Part shown: piece after piece, positions 1 through 9,480 of the stretch
Layout of the letters: the number at the start of each line of letters is the position of its first letter
Position numbering within the stretch: the stretch's first letter is position 1
Virus record (IMG/VR): IMGVR_UViG_3300010362_000054
Location: 1-37,389 of that record
Source: a virus
Lineage: Duplodnaviria; Caudoviricetes
Reading direction: 5' to 3' (one strand)
DNA: 37,389 bases
Position numbers and translations under genes: made by a program
Notes under the pieces: generated by a model
Told to the model about the DNA's origin: nothing
Databases searched by the model: none
What the model saw: only the letters and a program-made list of their open reading frames with translations

Positions 1-2016
1 CCCACAACGGCCGGCGCTGACATCCGCGGGCGTCTGCGCGCCGGCCTCGGTGCAGGCCAGCCAGCGCAAGCGAATCCGATGTTCGCTGCGCGCCTCGGCG
101 GTGCGGTTGCGGGCGTTGCTGGATCCGAGGCGACGCAGAGCGAGCAGGATAAGCAAGATCCGTGGGGGCGGATCTCGCGCGACCTCGGCTTCGGTATCGC
201 GGGCATGGCCGCGCCGGGCGCAGCGATCGCCGTCGCGCGCCGTGGCGGGCCGGTGAGCTGGTCGGACTTGCGCCAGCTCCACAGCACGCAGCAGCCGTTG
301 CTCAACGCGCCGCAGGCGCAGACCGTGGCGCAGTTCCTGAGCGCGATGGGCAAGAACAACCTGCTCTCCGGTCCAGGGACGCAACTCTCGAATATCTTCA
401 GCCAGCTCATCGAACTTGGGCGTATGCCGGCCGAGCGCGCCGCTGCTGGGTACTCCGACGAGGCGGTGGCTGGCATGAAAGCAGCCGGCCAGGCATTGCC
501 GGACGCCTTCCGCAATGCCGTCGGGACCATGCGTGCGGGGCGCGGCCAGTTCGCACCGATGCCTGGCGGGCGCCAGACGCCGGCGTACTGGTTCGCGCTG
601 CGCGCGCTCGGTGCCGCCGATGATTTCTTCCGCACGATCGGCTACGCGATGGGCAGCGGCATGGAGGGCGCGCGCTTCATTCGCGAGAACCCGGGCATGT
701 CGCCACAGCAGGTGTTGCAGGCGAACCAGGCGGCGATCGACGCCGCGGGCAACAAAGCTGCGCGTTTGTCGGTGTTCGCCGAGGGCAACGGGCCGGGCGA
801 GGCCATCTCGAAGCTGAAGAATCAGTTGATGTCTGCTACGCCGGCCAGCTCGAGCGCCAAGGACATCGGTGAGGCAGCGGCGCGACAGACGGCCGGCATG
901 GCGCTCGACGCCGGCGTGCCGTTCTCGGGGGTGCCTGGGCGTATCTGGACGGCCGGCATTCGTCGTTTGCCGGGCGTTGCCGAGACCGAGGCGCTGGCTC
1001 GTGTGGGCATCGCTGCAGCGCGCGGCGACGAGCGTGCCGCGCGGCTGGCGATGGGTGGCGGGCTGATCTCGAGCGTGATCAACACGTCGATCATCTCGAA
1101 CGTGATGAACGGCAACATCACCGGGCCCGAGGACAAGGAGCACCCGACCAGCATCAAGATCAACGGGCAGTGGGTGGACTACTCGCGGTGGGGCCCGTAC
1201 ATGCTGCCGATCGCGCTGCCGGCGGCGTGGATCGAGGCCGCACGCAAGGAAGGCAACAAGCCCGACCCCGATCAGATGAAGGCGTTCTACAACGCGACGT
1301 TCAAGACGATGGCCAACCAGTTCTACGCCGCGGATCTGATCAAGGTCATGTCGCAGGTCGGCGAAGGCAACGCCGCGGGCGCCACCGGCCAGCTCGTCGG
1401 CAGCTACATCGACCGCTATTTGCCAGCTGGAGGGGCGCTGAACTTCGCCACCCAAGCGTGGGACCCGGTGATGCGTGACCCGACCAACAAGGGCCTCGGC
1501 CAGTTCCTCGAGCGCGAGCAGGCCAAGATCCCGTTCCTCGCGCAGATGCTTCCGGCGCAGCCGTCGATGACCAGTGGTGAACCTGAGCAGCGCATGCGTA
1601 GCGGACTCGGTGGCACGCTGCTCGGGATGCAAACGCGGCGCGTTTCCGACCTCGACGCCGAGATCAATCGCCTCGAGAAGCTCGGCTACACGCTGCCCAA
1701 TCCGACCAGGGCGCCGACGCAAGTGACTGTGCAAGGTGCGCGTATCCCGCTCAGCGAGGCGGAGAGCCGCGAGCTGACCTATCAGCGCGGCGTGGCGATC
1801 GACAAGATCCTCGGCCCGCTGGTCACCTCGGCGGCGTTCCAGAGCATGTCTGATGATCGCAAGGCACGCGCAATTGCGTCGCGGCTGGCCAGCGTTGACA
1901 ATGACACCGCCAGGAATTGGGAGAAGATGACACCTGCGGCTGAACGAGCCGCGCGTATCCGTGAGGGGCGCACGGTGGTCGGACGGAAAGAGCCGGTGAT
2001 GGCAGGCAGTCGCTGA
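1..2016 (+). CDS. C-terminal part of the giant ejection/internal virion protein (about 1864 aa in total if joined to 33811..37389)
   Basis: Frame +1 is open from base 1 (PTTAGADIRGRLRAG...) into the track ORF 79..2016. Ala/Gly-rich and helical. SIKINGQWVDYSRWGP resembles C-terminal regions of large podovirus ejection/polyvalent proteins. Confidence 0.75.
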   Translation, partial: PTTAGADIRGRLRAGLGAGQPAQANPMFAARLGGAVAGVAGSEATQSEQDKQDPWGRISRDLGFGIAGMAAPGAAIAVARRGGPVSWSDLRQLHSTQQPLLNAPQAQTVAQFLSAMGKNNLLSGPGTQLSNIFSQLIELGRMPAERAAAGYSDEAVAGMKAAGQALPDAFRNAVGTMRAGRGQFAPMPGGRQTPAYWFALRALGAADDFFRTIGYAMGSGMEGARFIRENPGMSPQQVLQANQAAIDAAGNKAARLSVFAEGNGPGEAISKLKNQLMSATPASSSAKDIGEAAARQTAGMALDAGVPFSGVPGRIWTAGIRRLPGVAETEALARVGIAAARGDERAARLAMGGGLISSVINTSIISNVMNGNITGPEDKEHPTSIKINGQWVDYSRWGPYMLPIALPAAWIEAARKEGNKPDPDQMKAFYNATFKTMANQFYAADLIKVMSQVGEGNAAGATGQLVGSYIDRYLPAGGALNFATQAWDPVMRDPTNKGLGQFLEREQAKIPFLAQMLPAQPSMTSGEPEQRMRSGLGGTLLGMQTRRVSDLDAEINRLEKLGYTLPNPTRAPTQVTVQGARIPLSEAESRELTYQRGVAIDKILGPLVTSAAFQSMSDDRKARAIASRLASVDNDTARNWEKMTPAAERAARIREGRTVVGRKEPVMAGSR

Positions 2017-3596
2017 TGGCGCGCTACGACACGCCCGAGTTCATCTCCGAGCTGAACCTCGACCCCAATACGTGGCACGTTGTCGGTGCGCCGACGCCGA
2101 AAGCGGCCAACGCGAACGAGCAGCCGCCGAGCGCTGACAGTCTGGTTATCCCGGGCAAGAACTCGCAAGGCCAGCCGGTGCCGGCACCCGGCCGCGACTC
2201 CGTCGATTGGACGGTGACCGTAGTCGGGCCGAACGGGCAGACGCGCATCGTCACGATGAAGCCGACCGGCACCGGCGTCAACGCCGCCAACGTCGGGCTC
2301 GCTCAGCTCGATTGGAACGTGAGCGGCGTCGATGAAACGATCAAGCCGCCGACGGCTGGTCAGACGCCCGCGGAGCAGAACGCCAAGGTTGCCCAGGCGC
2401 AAGCCGAGGCGGACGCTGCCAAGTCCAGAGCGGATGCGGCCGCGGTCGAGCTGCGCAAGATTCAGGAAGACACGCGCGAGCGCGAGTACAACCAGGCGCA
2501 CGGCGATGGCTACCTGACGCACGAGGAGCTACGCAAGGCGAAGGCCGATGCCGCGGCGCAAAACCTGAACGCCGACCAGCTCAAGGCGCGCATCACCGAG
2601 ATCGAGAACAACAACAAGAACACCCAGTACTCGAACCAGATCGCTGCGCAGAACGCCGCCACCTCGGCCGCGAACGCGGCGACTGAAGCGCAGCGCGCGG
2701 TGGCGACCGAGAAGTACCAGCAGGGGCTGCTCGACGCCTCGAGCGAGGACCGCAACCTGAACTTGTGGAAGTTCGAGTGGCAGAAGGCCCAGGACGAGAT
2801 CAATCAGCGCAACGTCGAGACCAAGCAGAAGCTCGACGCGCTGACGCAGCAGCAGACCAACGCGATCAACCAGGGCACGCTCCAGGTACGCGGCCAGGAA
2901 GCGGCTGAGACCGCGCGCCACAACCTGGCGGCTGAGCAGCAGACCGCCGAGGCGATGCGGCAGACCGCGGCGTCGAACGCCGCGCAGACCGCGACGCAGG
3001 CCGCGACGAGCGTCTTCGGCACCGAGCGGCAGGCACAGACCGCGGCCGGCACGGTCGGCGGCAACCTGCTCGCCAATCGCGCGACTGCGGCCAACCAGGT
3101 CCTCAACAACATCTTCCAGGGTGCTGCCGGCTTGTCGCAGGGCAGCGCCGGGCGCTACGGCATGCTCGGTGGTGGGCTGCACGCCATGCCGGCCGGCTTC
3201 AGCGGCGAGGCGCTCCTGAGCGGTATTCAGGGTTACACCGCGGGCATGTTCGGTGGCCAGGACACGCTCGATGCCGCCGCACGCATGGTCCGTCAGGCAG
3301 CTCCGGGAGCTGAGCTGACGCCGTACGGCCAGGCAGCGATCGCCGTCATCGCGCAGGCGTACGACAAGCACAACGAGCTGACCAACAGCCCGCACCCGGA
3401 CGTGGCGGCGACGCGGGCGGCAATCCAGAGCAACAACGGCGGTGGTGCCGCCGCGCCAGTGACACAGCCGGCGGTCCAGCCGACCGTTCCGACGCAGGCG
3501 CCGCCGACGCCGTTTGTCCAGTCCGGGATCGCTGAGGGGTCGAATCGTGGATTCACCGCGCCACAAGCGCAGCCGACGATTGTGATGAATTTCTAA
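2016..3596 (+). CDS. Probable ejection/internal virion protein (Q/A/N-rich coiled coil)
   Basis: 526 aa, TGATG-coupled to the giant gene, long helical Gln/Ala/Asn-rich segments; function inferred from composition and position. Confidence 0.6.
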   Translation: MARYDTPEFISELNLDPNTWHVVGAPTPKAANANEQPPSADSLVIPGKNSQGQPVPAPGRDSVDWTVTVVGPNGQTRIVTMKPTGTGVNAANVGLAQLDWNVSGVDETIKPPTAGQTPAEQNAKVAQAQAEADAAKSRADAAAVELRKIQEDTREREYNQAHGDGYLTHEELRKAKADAAAQNLNADQLKARITEIENNNKNTQYSNQIAAQNAATSAANAATEAQRAVATEKYQQGLLDASSEDRNLNLWKFEWQKAQDEINQRNVETKQKLDALTQQQTNAINQGTLQVRGQEAAETARHNLAAEQQTAEAMRQTAASNAAQTATQAATSVFGTERQAQTAAGTVGGNLLANRATAANQVLNNIFQGAAGLSQGSAGRYGMLGGGLHAMPAGFSGEALLSGIQGYTAGMFGGQDTLDAAARMVRQAAPGAELTPYGQAAIAVIAQAYDKHNELTNSPHPDVAATRAAIQSNNGGGAAAPVTQPAVQPTVPTQAPPTPFVQSGIAEGSNRGFTAPQAQPTIVMNF

Positions 3597-4534
3597 TGGG
3601 AATGCGACTGGCGAACGGCAACTGGAGTGACGCGCTTGCCGATACCCCTGAGAATCAGGCCAAGTACGGCGAGGGGTCGGGTTACACCGGCGGCTATGGC
3701 TACACTGGTCCCACCCAGGCGCAACAGGCGCCAGTCAGCCAAACCGTCAACTCGAACGACGCCACGGTCCAGAAGCTCGGTCAGCAAATCAACAGCCTGC
3801 TTGGCGCGATCGCTTCGGGCAACAAGGAAGCGTTCGACGAGGCGGTGCGTCAGTTCAACGTGAGCTTTGGGCTCGACGTGGGCAAGTTCAACGAGGGCAT
3901 TCGTCAGTTCAATGAGAATCTGGCGCTGGCACAGTCCGGTGTGACCGGCACGTATCAGGGCAGTCCGACCATGCAGGCGATTGCGCAGCGCCAGCAGCAG
4001 GCGATGAATTGGGCACAGATCTACGGCTTGGCGCCGCAGGTTGATGCTGCCGGCAACCCGATCGCGCCGGGCGGGCAGACGCTCGCGGCGCAGAATCAGG
4101 CGTTCACCCAACAGCTCGGCGCGATCAACGCCGCGGCCGCGCTCCAGACCAACCCGTTCCGTCAGGCGCAGGTCATGGGCCAGCTCGGCCGCGTCCTGCA
4201 GGGCAATCCGGTGGCCGGCTTCCAGGCGCCCGGTGCAGCCACCGGTCAGACCGACTTCAGCGGTATGGGCAACATGCAGCGGCTGATCGACGACATCCGC
4301 GGCGGACCGGGCTCGGTCAACGCAATGACCACGCAAGGCGTGCTCGACGCGATCCCGACGCCCACCAAGCTCGACTCGGTCAACTTCTACCGCTCGAGCC
4401 CGAACACTCAAAACATCGTCCTGCAGGGCATGCAGGAGAAGTACGGCCTGTCGCCGGACGAGTCTCTTGCGCAGATTCGCAACACGCTCCCACAATTCCA
4501 ATCGCCGACCACGTTCGGGGGAGTCAGACGCTGA
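3596..4534 (+). CDS. Probable ejection/pilot-like internal virion protein
   Basis: 312 aa, Q/G/A-rich, repeated F-x-E-x-x-RQFN motif (FDEAVRQFN, FNEGIRQFN), coupled by TAATG overlap. Confidence 0.55.
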   Translation: MGMRLANGNWSDALADTPENQAKYGEGSGYTGGYGYTGPTQAQQAPVSQTVNSNDATVQKLGQQINSLLGAIASGNKEAFDEAVRQFNVSFGLDVGKFNEGIRQFNENLALAQSGVTGTYQGSPTMQAIAQRQQQAMNWAQIYGLAPQVDAAGNPIAPGGQTLAAQNQAFTQQLGAINAAAALQTNPFRQAQVMGQLGRVLQGNPVAGFQAPGAATGQTDFSGMGNMQRLIDDIRGGPGSVNAMTTQGVLDAIPTPTKLDSVNFYRSSPNTQNIVLQGMQEKYGLSPDESLAQIRNTLPQFQSPTTFGGVRR

Positions 4535-4695
4535 TGCCGCTCAAGGGTGCGCGCTACCGCGTGACGCAGACGCCGAAGGGACCGGTGCGGCTCGCGTTCA
4601 AGAAGGGCAACGTGGTCGAGGCCAAGAATCTGAAGACCGGCGCGACACACACGCCGAAAGAGTTCGCGGCTGATCGGAAGAAAGCCAAGAAGTGA
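4534..4695 (+). CDS. Small basic protein (53 aa), hypothetical
   Basis: Not in the track. MPLKGARYRVTQTPKGPVRLAFKKGNVVEAKNLKTGATHTPKEFAADRKKAKK; fills the gap with TGATG and GTGA overlaps on both sides. Confidence 0.7.
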   Translation: MPLKGARYRVTQTPKGPVRLAFKKGNVVEAKNLKTGATHTPKEFAADRKKAKK

Positions 4696-5618
4696 CCATG
4701 AGTGACCGGGGTGTGCACCCCGACCTCATCGACGACGAGCAGGCGGCTGCGCCCGCGGAGCACGAGACGCCATCTCCTCCGCGGCGCGGCCGAACTGCTC
4801 GTGCGGCTGCAGCTCCGTCTCCAGAGCCTGCAGCCGCTGTGGCCACGCCGGCGGCTCAGGATAGTGAGTCGGCCTCGAGCGACAGTACCGAGCCCGAGGC
4901 GCAGGCGACTGCAGAGCCGCCGGAGTGGTGGCAACAGGTCAAAGACGCGCCCGACCCCAAAGCGGCGTTCGCGTTGCTTGCCAAGAACATGGCCTGGCAG
5001 GAGATGGAGCAGGACCCCACCTTCCAGGGTCGCGTCGGCGACGCTGCGTTGCGCCGCATGCATGCCCTCCAACAACAGGCAGAGCAGGACGAGCGAGCGC
5101 GCCAGAAACGCGAGGCGCTCGCCAACGCGGATTACTACGGACTCGGCCAGCTCACCGCTCCCGAGATTCAGCAACAGATGCAGCACGCTACCGCTGCACA
5201 GCAGGGTGCACCGTTCATGGATGGCGTGGTTGCTTTCCAGAGCGCGCTACCGCCTGAGGTCCAGCAGGTAGTCCAGGGAAAGACGTTCGCGCCAGGGAAG
5301 AGCTACGCCGAAGGCGTGGCGGAATACCTCGGCGCTGTGACAGAGGCCGCTATCAGCCACAGACTGAATGAGGCCGTCGAAAAAGAGCTGAAGCGCCGTG
5401 AGCCAGCCCTGCGCAAAGCGTGGCTGAGCGAAAGCAACGGTGGTCAGCCCGTACCCGAGCTAGACGGTGGCCAAGCTAGAGTCGCCCGCGAGATCACGGA
5501 CGAACAAGTAGGTCGCATGGGCCTAGCCGAGTACGACCAGTACTTCGACGAGCGTGGCCAACCCCGGCCAGGCACACGCGTGCGCCTGACGCGCGGCATA
5601 CCGCTAACCCGGCGCTGA
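4692..5618 (+). CDS. Capsid scaffolding protein (putative)
   Basis: Acidic, Pro/Ala-rich disordered N-terminus and helical core, immediately upstream of the capsid gene. Start is 4692 (GTG) or 4698 (ATG). Confidence 0.7.
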   Translation: MTMSDRGVHPDLIDDEQAAAPAEHETPSPPRRGRTARAAAAPSPEPAAAVATPAAQDSESASSDSTEPEAQATAEPPEWWQQVKDAPDPKAAFALLAKNMAWQEMEQDPTFQGRVGDAALRRMHALQQQAEQDERARQKREALANADYYGLGQLTAPEIQQQMQHATAAQQGAPFMDGVVAFQSALPPEVQQVVQGKTFAPGKSYAEGVAEYLGAVTEAAISHRLNEAVEKELKRREPALRKAWLSESNGGQPVPELDGGQARVAREITDEQVGRMGLAEYDQYFDERGQPRPGTRVRLTRGIPLTRR

Positions 5619-5624
5619 TCTCCC

Positions 5625-5641
5625 TCACCCGATTCGGGTGA
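5625..5641 (+). promoter_or_regulatory. Hairpin upstream of the capsid RBS (possible mRNA stabiliser or processing signal)
   Basis: TCACCCG-ATT-CGGGTGA perfect inverted repeat, followed by GAAAGGA (RBS) and GTG at 5666. Confidence 0.35.
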
Positions 5642-5665
5642 CGGGCGCTGAAAGGAATAACGCCA

Positions 5666-6520
5666 GTGGCCACTGGTGCAAGTGAGTTCGTAGACAAAAC
5701 GATCGCCGATGGCGTGTTCTCGCCCGACATCTGGAGCAAGCAGGTGTTGCGCGCAACCGAGTCGAACCTGGTCATCGCGCGCAGCGTCAACCGCGGCTAC
5801 GAGGACGATGCCTCGGTCGGTAAGACCGTCAAAGTCGCCAGCATCGGCAACCTGGCCGCACGCGCCAAAGCAGAAAACACCGCAATTGCGTATGAAACTG
5901 TCGCCGAAACTGCGACAACAATTACGCTTAATTTGTGGAGTTACGCGGCAGTTGGCATCGAAGATATTGTAAAGGTTCAGTCAATCATCGATGTGCAGAA
6001 CGAGTACCAGCGCAAGCTCGGCTACGCGCTCGCGCGCGACATCGACACCGCACTGGCGACCGACTTCGCTGGTTTCTCGACAACCGTCGGCACGCTCGGC
6101 ACCGCGGCCTCCGACGCCAACGTGCTCTCGGCAATGACCGCGCTCGACAACGCCGACGCGCCGCAGGACGATCGATTCTTCATCATGTCGCCGGCCGAGA
6201 AAGCCAGCAAGCTGGCGCTCGACCGCTGGAGCAACGCGCTCTACATCGGCACCGGCGACCAGCCGGTGCGCAACGGCATGCTCGGTGACATGTACGGCCT
6301 GAACCTGGCCGTCACGACGAACCTGGTGAAGCCGGCGGGCGGACAGGCGCGCAACGCCGTGTTCCACCGCGACGCGCTCGCGCTGGTGGTGCAGCGCAGC
6401 CCGAAGACGCACCTCTTCTACGACATCGATTTCTTCACCTGGAAGCTGGCCTCCGAGGTGATCTACGGCCACCAGGAAATGCGCGACGCGTTCGGCGTCC
6501 TCGTCAACGGTGTCTCCTAG
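5666..6520 (+). CDS. Major capsid protein (HK97 fold, podovirus-type)
   Basis: 284 aa. FSPDIWSKQVL, GKTVKV, GYALARDID, LDNADAPQDDRF, GDMYGL, FHRDALAL and YGHQEMR match the pattern of P22/T7-like coat proteins. Strong RBS. Confidence 0.9.
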   Translation: MATGASEFVDKTIADGVFSPDIWSKQVLRATESNLVIARSVNRGYEDDASVGKTVKVASIGNLAARAKAENTAIAYETVAETATTITLNLWSYAAVGIEDIVKVQSIIDVQNEYQRKLGYALARDIDTALATDFAGFSTTVGTLGTAASDANVLSAMTALDNADAPQDDRFFIMSPAEKASKLALDRWSNALYIGTGDQPVRNGMLGDMYGLNLAVTTNLVKPAGGQARNAVFHRDALALVVQRSPKTHLFYDIDFFTWKLASEVIYGHQEMRDAFGVLVNGVS

Positions 6521-7071
6521 TGGCAACCGGAAACGCGTTTCTCGACAAGCTCCTCGAGCAGGCTCCGCCGGCGGCAAGCCAGCCGCAGCGCGGCCAGAAC
6601 TACAACTTCCCCCACCGCCTGTACCTGAAACCGGACGGGGAAGTGGTGGAGCTGCAGGGCGACCCGGTGAATCGGGCGTACTACCAGGACAAGGGCTACC
6701 ACCTGCTCAGCGACAGTCCGGGTCGAAGCGGCGAGCGAAGCGAAGTGGACCAGTACCGCCAGGTGGAGTACCCGAAGATCCTCGAGGAGCAGGTCGAGAA
6801 GGCGAGCATCATCAACGCGATCCGGCGCGCGATGCAGAGCGACCGCAACATGACCATCCCGGAGGACGGGTGGGAGGAGCTGAACCTCGAGGAGATGCGC
6901 GACGTGTTCGCGCAGATCAAGGAGGAGACCGGCAAGAACATCAAGGTCATCCGCCCACGGACGAGCAAGGTCACGCCGGACCGCATGCTGGCCGGCGTGG
7001 AGACCACGGAGAACACGTCGATCGAGGCAGCGGAGGCGCGCCGGCGCAGAAGTACGGAGGCGAAAGAATGA
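6520..7071 (+). CDS. Hypothetical protein (head region)
   Basis: 183 aa, charged, GTG overlaps the capsid stop. Confidence 0.7.
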   Translation: MATGNAFLDKLLEQAPPAASQPQRGQNYNFPHRLYLKPDGEVVELQGDPVNRAYYQDKGYHLLSDSPGRSGERSEVDQYRQVEYPKILEEQVEKASIINAIRRAMQSDRNMTIPEDGWEELNLEEMRDVFAQIKEETGKNIKVIRPRTSKVTPDRMLAGVETTENTSIEAAEARRRRSTEAKE

Positions 7072-7391
7072 CCACCCAGGAAGAGGTGCAGGCGGCGCTG
7101 GCGGACATTCCGCAGACCGAGGCTTCGCCGGCCGAAGTGCTTGCGCTTGAGCCGCACACGTACGCCGAAGCGACCGAGGGCCCACACCCGCAAATTTCAC
7201 CGACCGCCTACGTCGAGTGGACGAAGCCCGATGGCGACACGTTCATCGCGCCGCTGGCGAACGCTGAAACGTACGAGCGCAAAGGATTCACCCGCGGTGC
7301 TGATGTCGAGGTTGAGGACCTCGTCGCGCATTGGGCTGAGGCGGCGGCTGCCTCAGCGCCAACTACGGAGGCGCCGGCCGGTGGCGAGTAA
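7068..7391 (+). CDS. Hypothetical acidic protein (107 aa)
   Basis: Start re-called at ATG 7068 (ATGA overlap, GGAGG upstream): MTTQEEVQAALADIPQ... Confidence 0.7.
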   Translation: MTTQEEVQAALADIPQTEASPAEVLALEPHTYAEATEGPHPQISPTAYVEWTKPDGDTFIAPLANAETYERKGFTRGADVEVEDLVAHWAEAAAASAPTTEAPAGGE

Positions 7392-7587
7392 GGGATTGCC
7401 GTGGGCCGGCGCGAGCGGCAAGAAGCCGAATGCCGCCGACAACTATCCGCCTGCTGGCGGGCACCCGGGTCCGAACGCGGCGTCCGTCACCGGCGGTGAA
7501 TCGTCGGTCAATCAGTTTGTGCACGAGAGCCTGAAGGGCCCGCAGAAGCCTGACCAGGGGCCGATCGGCAAGCGGACGTACGGCTGA
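7381..7587 (+). CDS. Hypothetical small Gly/Pro-rich protein (68 aa)
   Basis: GTG 7381 with GGAGG upstream: MASKGLPWAGASGKKPN...; stop overlaps the next ATG. Confidence 0.55.
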   Translation: MASKGLPWAGASGKKPNAADNYPPAGGHPGPNAASVTGGESSVNQFVHESLKGPQKPDQGPIGKRTYG

Positions 7588-8054
7588 TGCCGCCGACCAG
7601 CGAAGAGATCCAGGCGCAGCTCGGTGCTGCGCAGGGGCTGTGGACGCACACCCCGGTGGACTACGCCGGCAACGAGACCGGCGTCGGCGCTCCGGCTGGC
7701 GCACCCGCCAACGCATCACAGGGCTACGTGGGCATGATCAGCCGCTCGAGCGGCGTGGTCACGCAGAGCGGACCGGCCGGCGCGCCGGTGATCAGCGGTG
7801 TCCAGCTCTACGGCACGATCACCGCAACCACGATCGACATCATCTTCATCCTCAACAGCGTGCCGACGAGCTGCCGTGTCAACTACGGCACCACCCAGGC
7901 CGCGGCGTCGAACAAGGCCGGCGCTGCTGCGTCCGGCTCGCAGATGGTGCAGCTCACCGGCCTGACCACGCTGACCAAGTACTACATCAGCGTCCAGGCA
8001 ACCAACGCCAGCGGCACCACCGTCACCATCCTGTACGTGGTGACGACGAAGTAG
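7587..8054 (+). CDS. Virion decoration-type protein with C-terminal FN3/Ig-like domain
   Basis: C-terminal half APVISGV...ITATTIDI...VNYGTT...VQLTGLTTLTKYYISVQATNASG is a fibronectin type III pattern. Confidence 0.7.
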   Translation: MPPTSEEIQAQLGAAQGLWTHTPVDYAGNETGVGAPAGAPANASQGYVGMISRSSGVVTQSGPAGAPVISGVQLYGTITATTIDIIFILNSVPTSCRVNYGTTQAAASNKAGAAASGSQMVQLTGLTTLTKYYISVQATNASGTTVTILYVVTTK

Positions 8055-8056
8055 GC

Positions 8057-8455
8057 ATGACCGAGCACCGCGCGGACTGTCGCTTCGGGCCGGGTCTGTA
8101 CCGCATCGTGCTCAAGGACGGCGCGCGCCGTTTCTGTCAGTCCGACCTCGAGGTCCAGCGCGCGCTGAGCCTGCTGCCGGGTGAATCAGTGCGCTGCGTC
8201 CAGCGTGACGCGTGCCTGGACCAGCCCGAGACCGGCGACGCCAACACGCCCGACGTGGTCGATGCCGCTACCTGGTTGAGCCTGCCGCAGGTCGAGGGCA
8301 TGCGCGAGCTAGGACTGACCCACGAGGCGGACTACGTGCGTGCGTACCGCATGGTCGAGGACGCGGTGGTGGCGCGCGATCGCGCCGAGGCGCACGGCGG
8401 TGTGCACGCGTCGATCGTGATCAAGAAGCGAGGCGTTCCTGTTGCCAACGTCTGA
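8057..8455 (+). CDS. Hypothetical protein (132 aa)
   Basis: Start re-called at ATG 8057 (MTEHRADCRFGPGLYRIVLKDG...). Confidence 0.6.
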   Translation: MTEHRADCRFGPGLYRIVLKDGARRFCQSDLEVQRALSLLPGESVRCVQRDACLDQPETGDANTPDVVDAATWLSLPQVEGMRELGLTHEADYVRAYRMVEDAVVARDRAEAHGGVHASIVIKKRGVPVANV

Positions 8456-8837
8456 GCTGCTTGGCGCGCTGCCGTCGCGGCTGATGGAAGCCTCGCGCCA
8501 CATTCAGGGCTTCATCAGCGGCGGGACAACGACCAACCCGACCAATGGCCAGGTGCTGGCCTACTACTGCGCGTGTGTCTCGGGCGTGATCAGGATCGTG
8601 GTCGGTGCGGCATCGGCATCCGGCTCCGGCGCGACCATTCTGGACGTACGCAAGAACGGCGCGAGCGTGTGGACCGATCCGACGCACCGTCCGACGCTGG
8701 CCGCGGGCAAGAGCGGTTCGTTCCTGACCTATCCGCCCGACCGCGGCAATCTGGTGCGCGGCGACATCGTGCAACTGATCGTTGTCCAGGCCAGCAACGT
8801 CGATGTCGCCATGACCGTGGCAATAGAGGAGCCCTGA
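8442..8837 (+). CDS. Hypothetical beta-rich structural protein
   Basis: 131 aa, beta-strand pattern (TILDVRKNGASV...LVRGDIVQLIV) typical of small virion/fibre-associated proteins; GAGG RBS. Confidence 0.55.
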   Translation: MPTSELLGALPSRLMEASRHIQGFISGGTTTNPTNGQVLAYYCACVSGVIRIVVGAASASGSGATILDVRKNGASVWTDPTHRPTLAAGKSGSFLTYPPDRGNLVRGDIVQLIVVQASNVDVAMTVAIEEP

Positions 8838-8838
8838 T

Positions 8839-9477
8839 ATGGCCATCAGCATCAATCCGCCACCGATGACGTTCGCACGGCAGCCGTGGCCACCGCGCGC
8901 GCGCGGGCCGAAGACGCGCCTTGGCGAGCTGATCTGGCGCGCGTACCGCTACCTGCCCAACCAGCTCGGTGAGGAGCTGCTCGACGCGCTCGCGTCAGTG
9001 GCCATCTTCGAGTCCGAGCTGCGCCTGGTGCATCGCAAGCAAGGCGACCACGGCTACCTCGACATTGACTACGGTGTGGTTTCGCGCAAGGTCATCTCCG
9101 ATAACGGCGCTGCCTCGGTGGTGAATGCCTTCCGCAACACGTTCGAGCTGGAGCTATTCAACTTCCACGCGCTCGGCACCGGCTCCACCGCCGAGGCCGC
9201 GGCGCAGACCGCTCTGGTGACTGAGCTAACGACGCAGTACTCGACCGACAATACGCGCCCGACCGGTACGCAGTCCGCGCCGGCGGCGAACCAGTATCAG
9301 TCCGTGGCGACGATCACCGTGGACGCCAACGTGTCCATCACCGAACACGCGCTGATGTCGCAGGCCGCGGCGCCGGGCGGCACGATGTGGGACCGCTCGG
9401 TGTTCACCGCGCTGGCGCTCAACTCCGGCGACTCGATCATCGCCACCTACATCGCCACCATCACCTCGGGCGGATGA
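8839..9477 (+). CDS. Tail-collar/fibre-type structural protein
   Basis: KVISDNG...HALGTGSTAEAAAQTALVTE...ITEHAL...DRSVF...LNSGDSI pattern seen in phage tail-collar fibre-like proteins; GAGGAG RBS. Confidence 0.6.
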   Translation: MAISINPPPMTFARQPWPPRARGPKTRLGELIWRAYRYLPNQLGEELLDALASVAIFESELRLVHRKQGDHGYLDIDYGVVSRKVISDNGAASVVNAFRNTFELELFNFHALGTGSTAEAAAQTALVTELTTQYSTDNTRPTGTQSAPAANQYQSVATITVDANVSITEHALMSQAAAPGGTMWDRSVFTALALNSGDSIIATYIATITSGG

Positions 9478-9480
9478 TGA

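Noticed and set aside
1-60. Terminal direct repeats
   Set aside because: No sequence identity between the two ends of the window; the break falls inside a gene and looks arbitrary.
6510-7391. Capsid frameshift/readthrough extension via the 293-aa overlapping ORF
   Set aside because: No slippery sequence at the MCP end; the region is better explained by two coupled genes (6520..7071 and 7068..7391).
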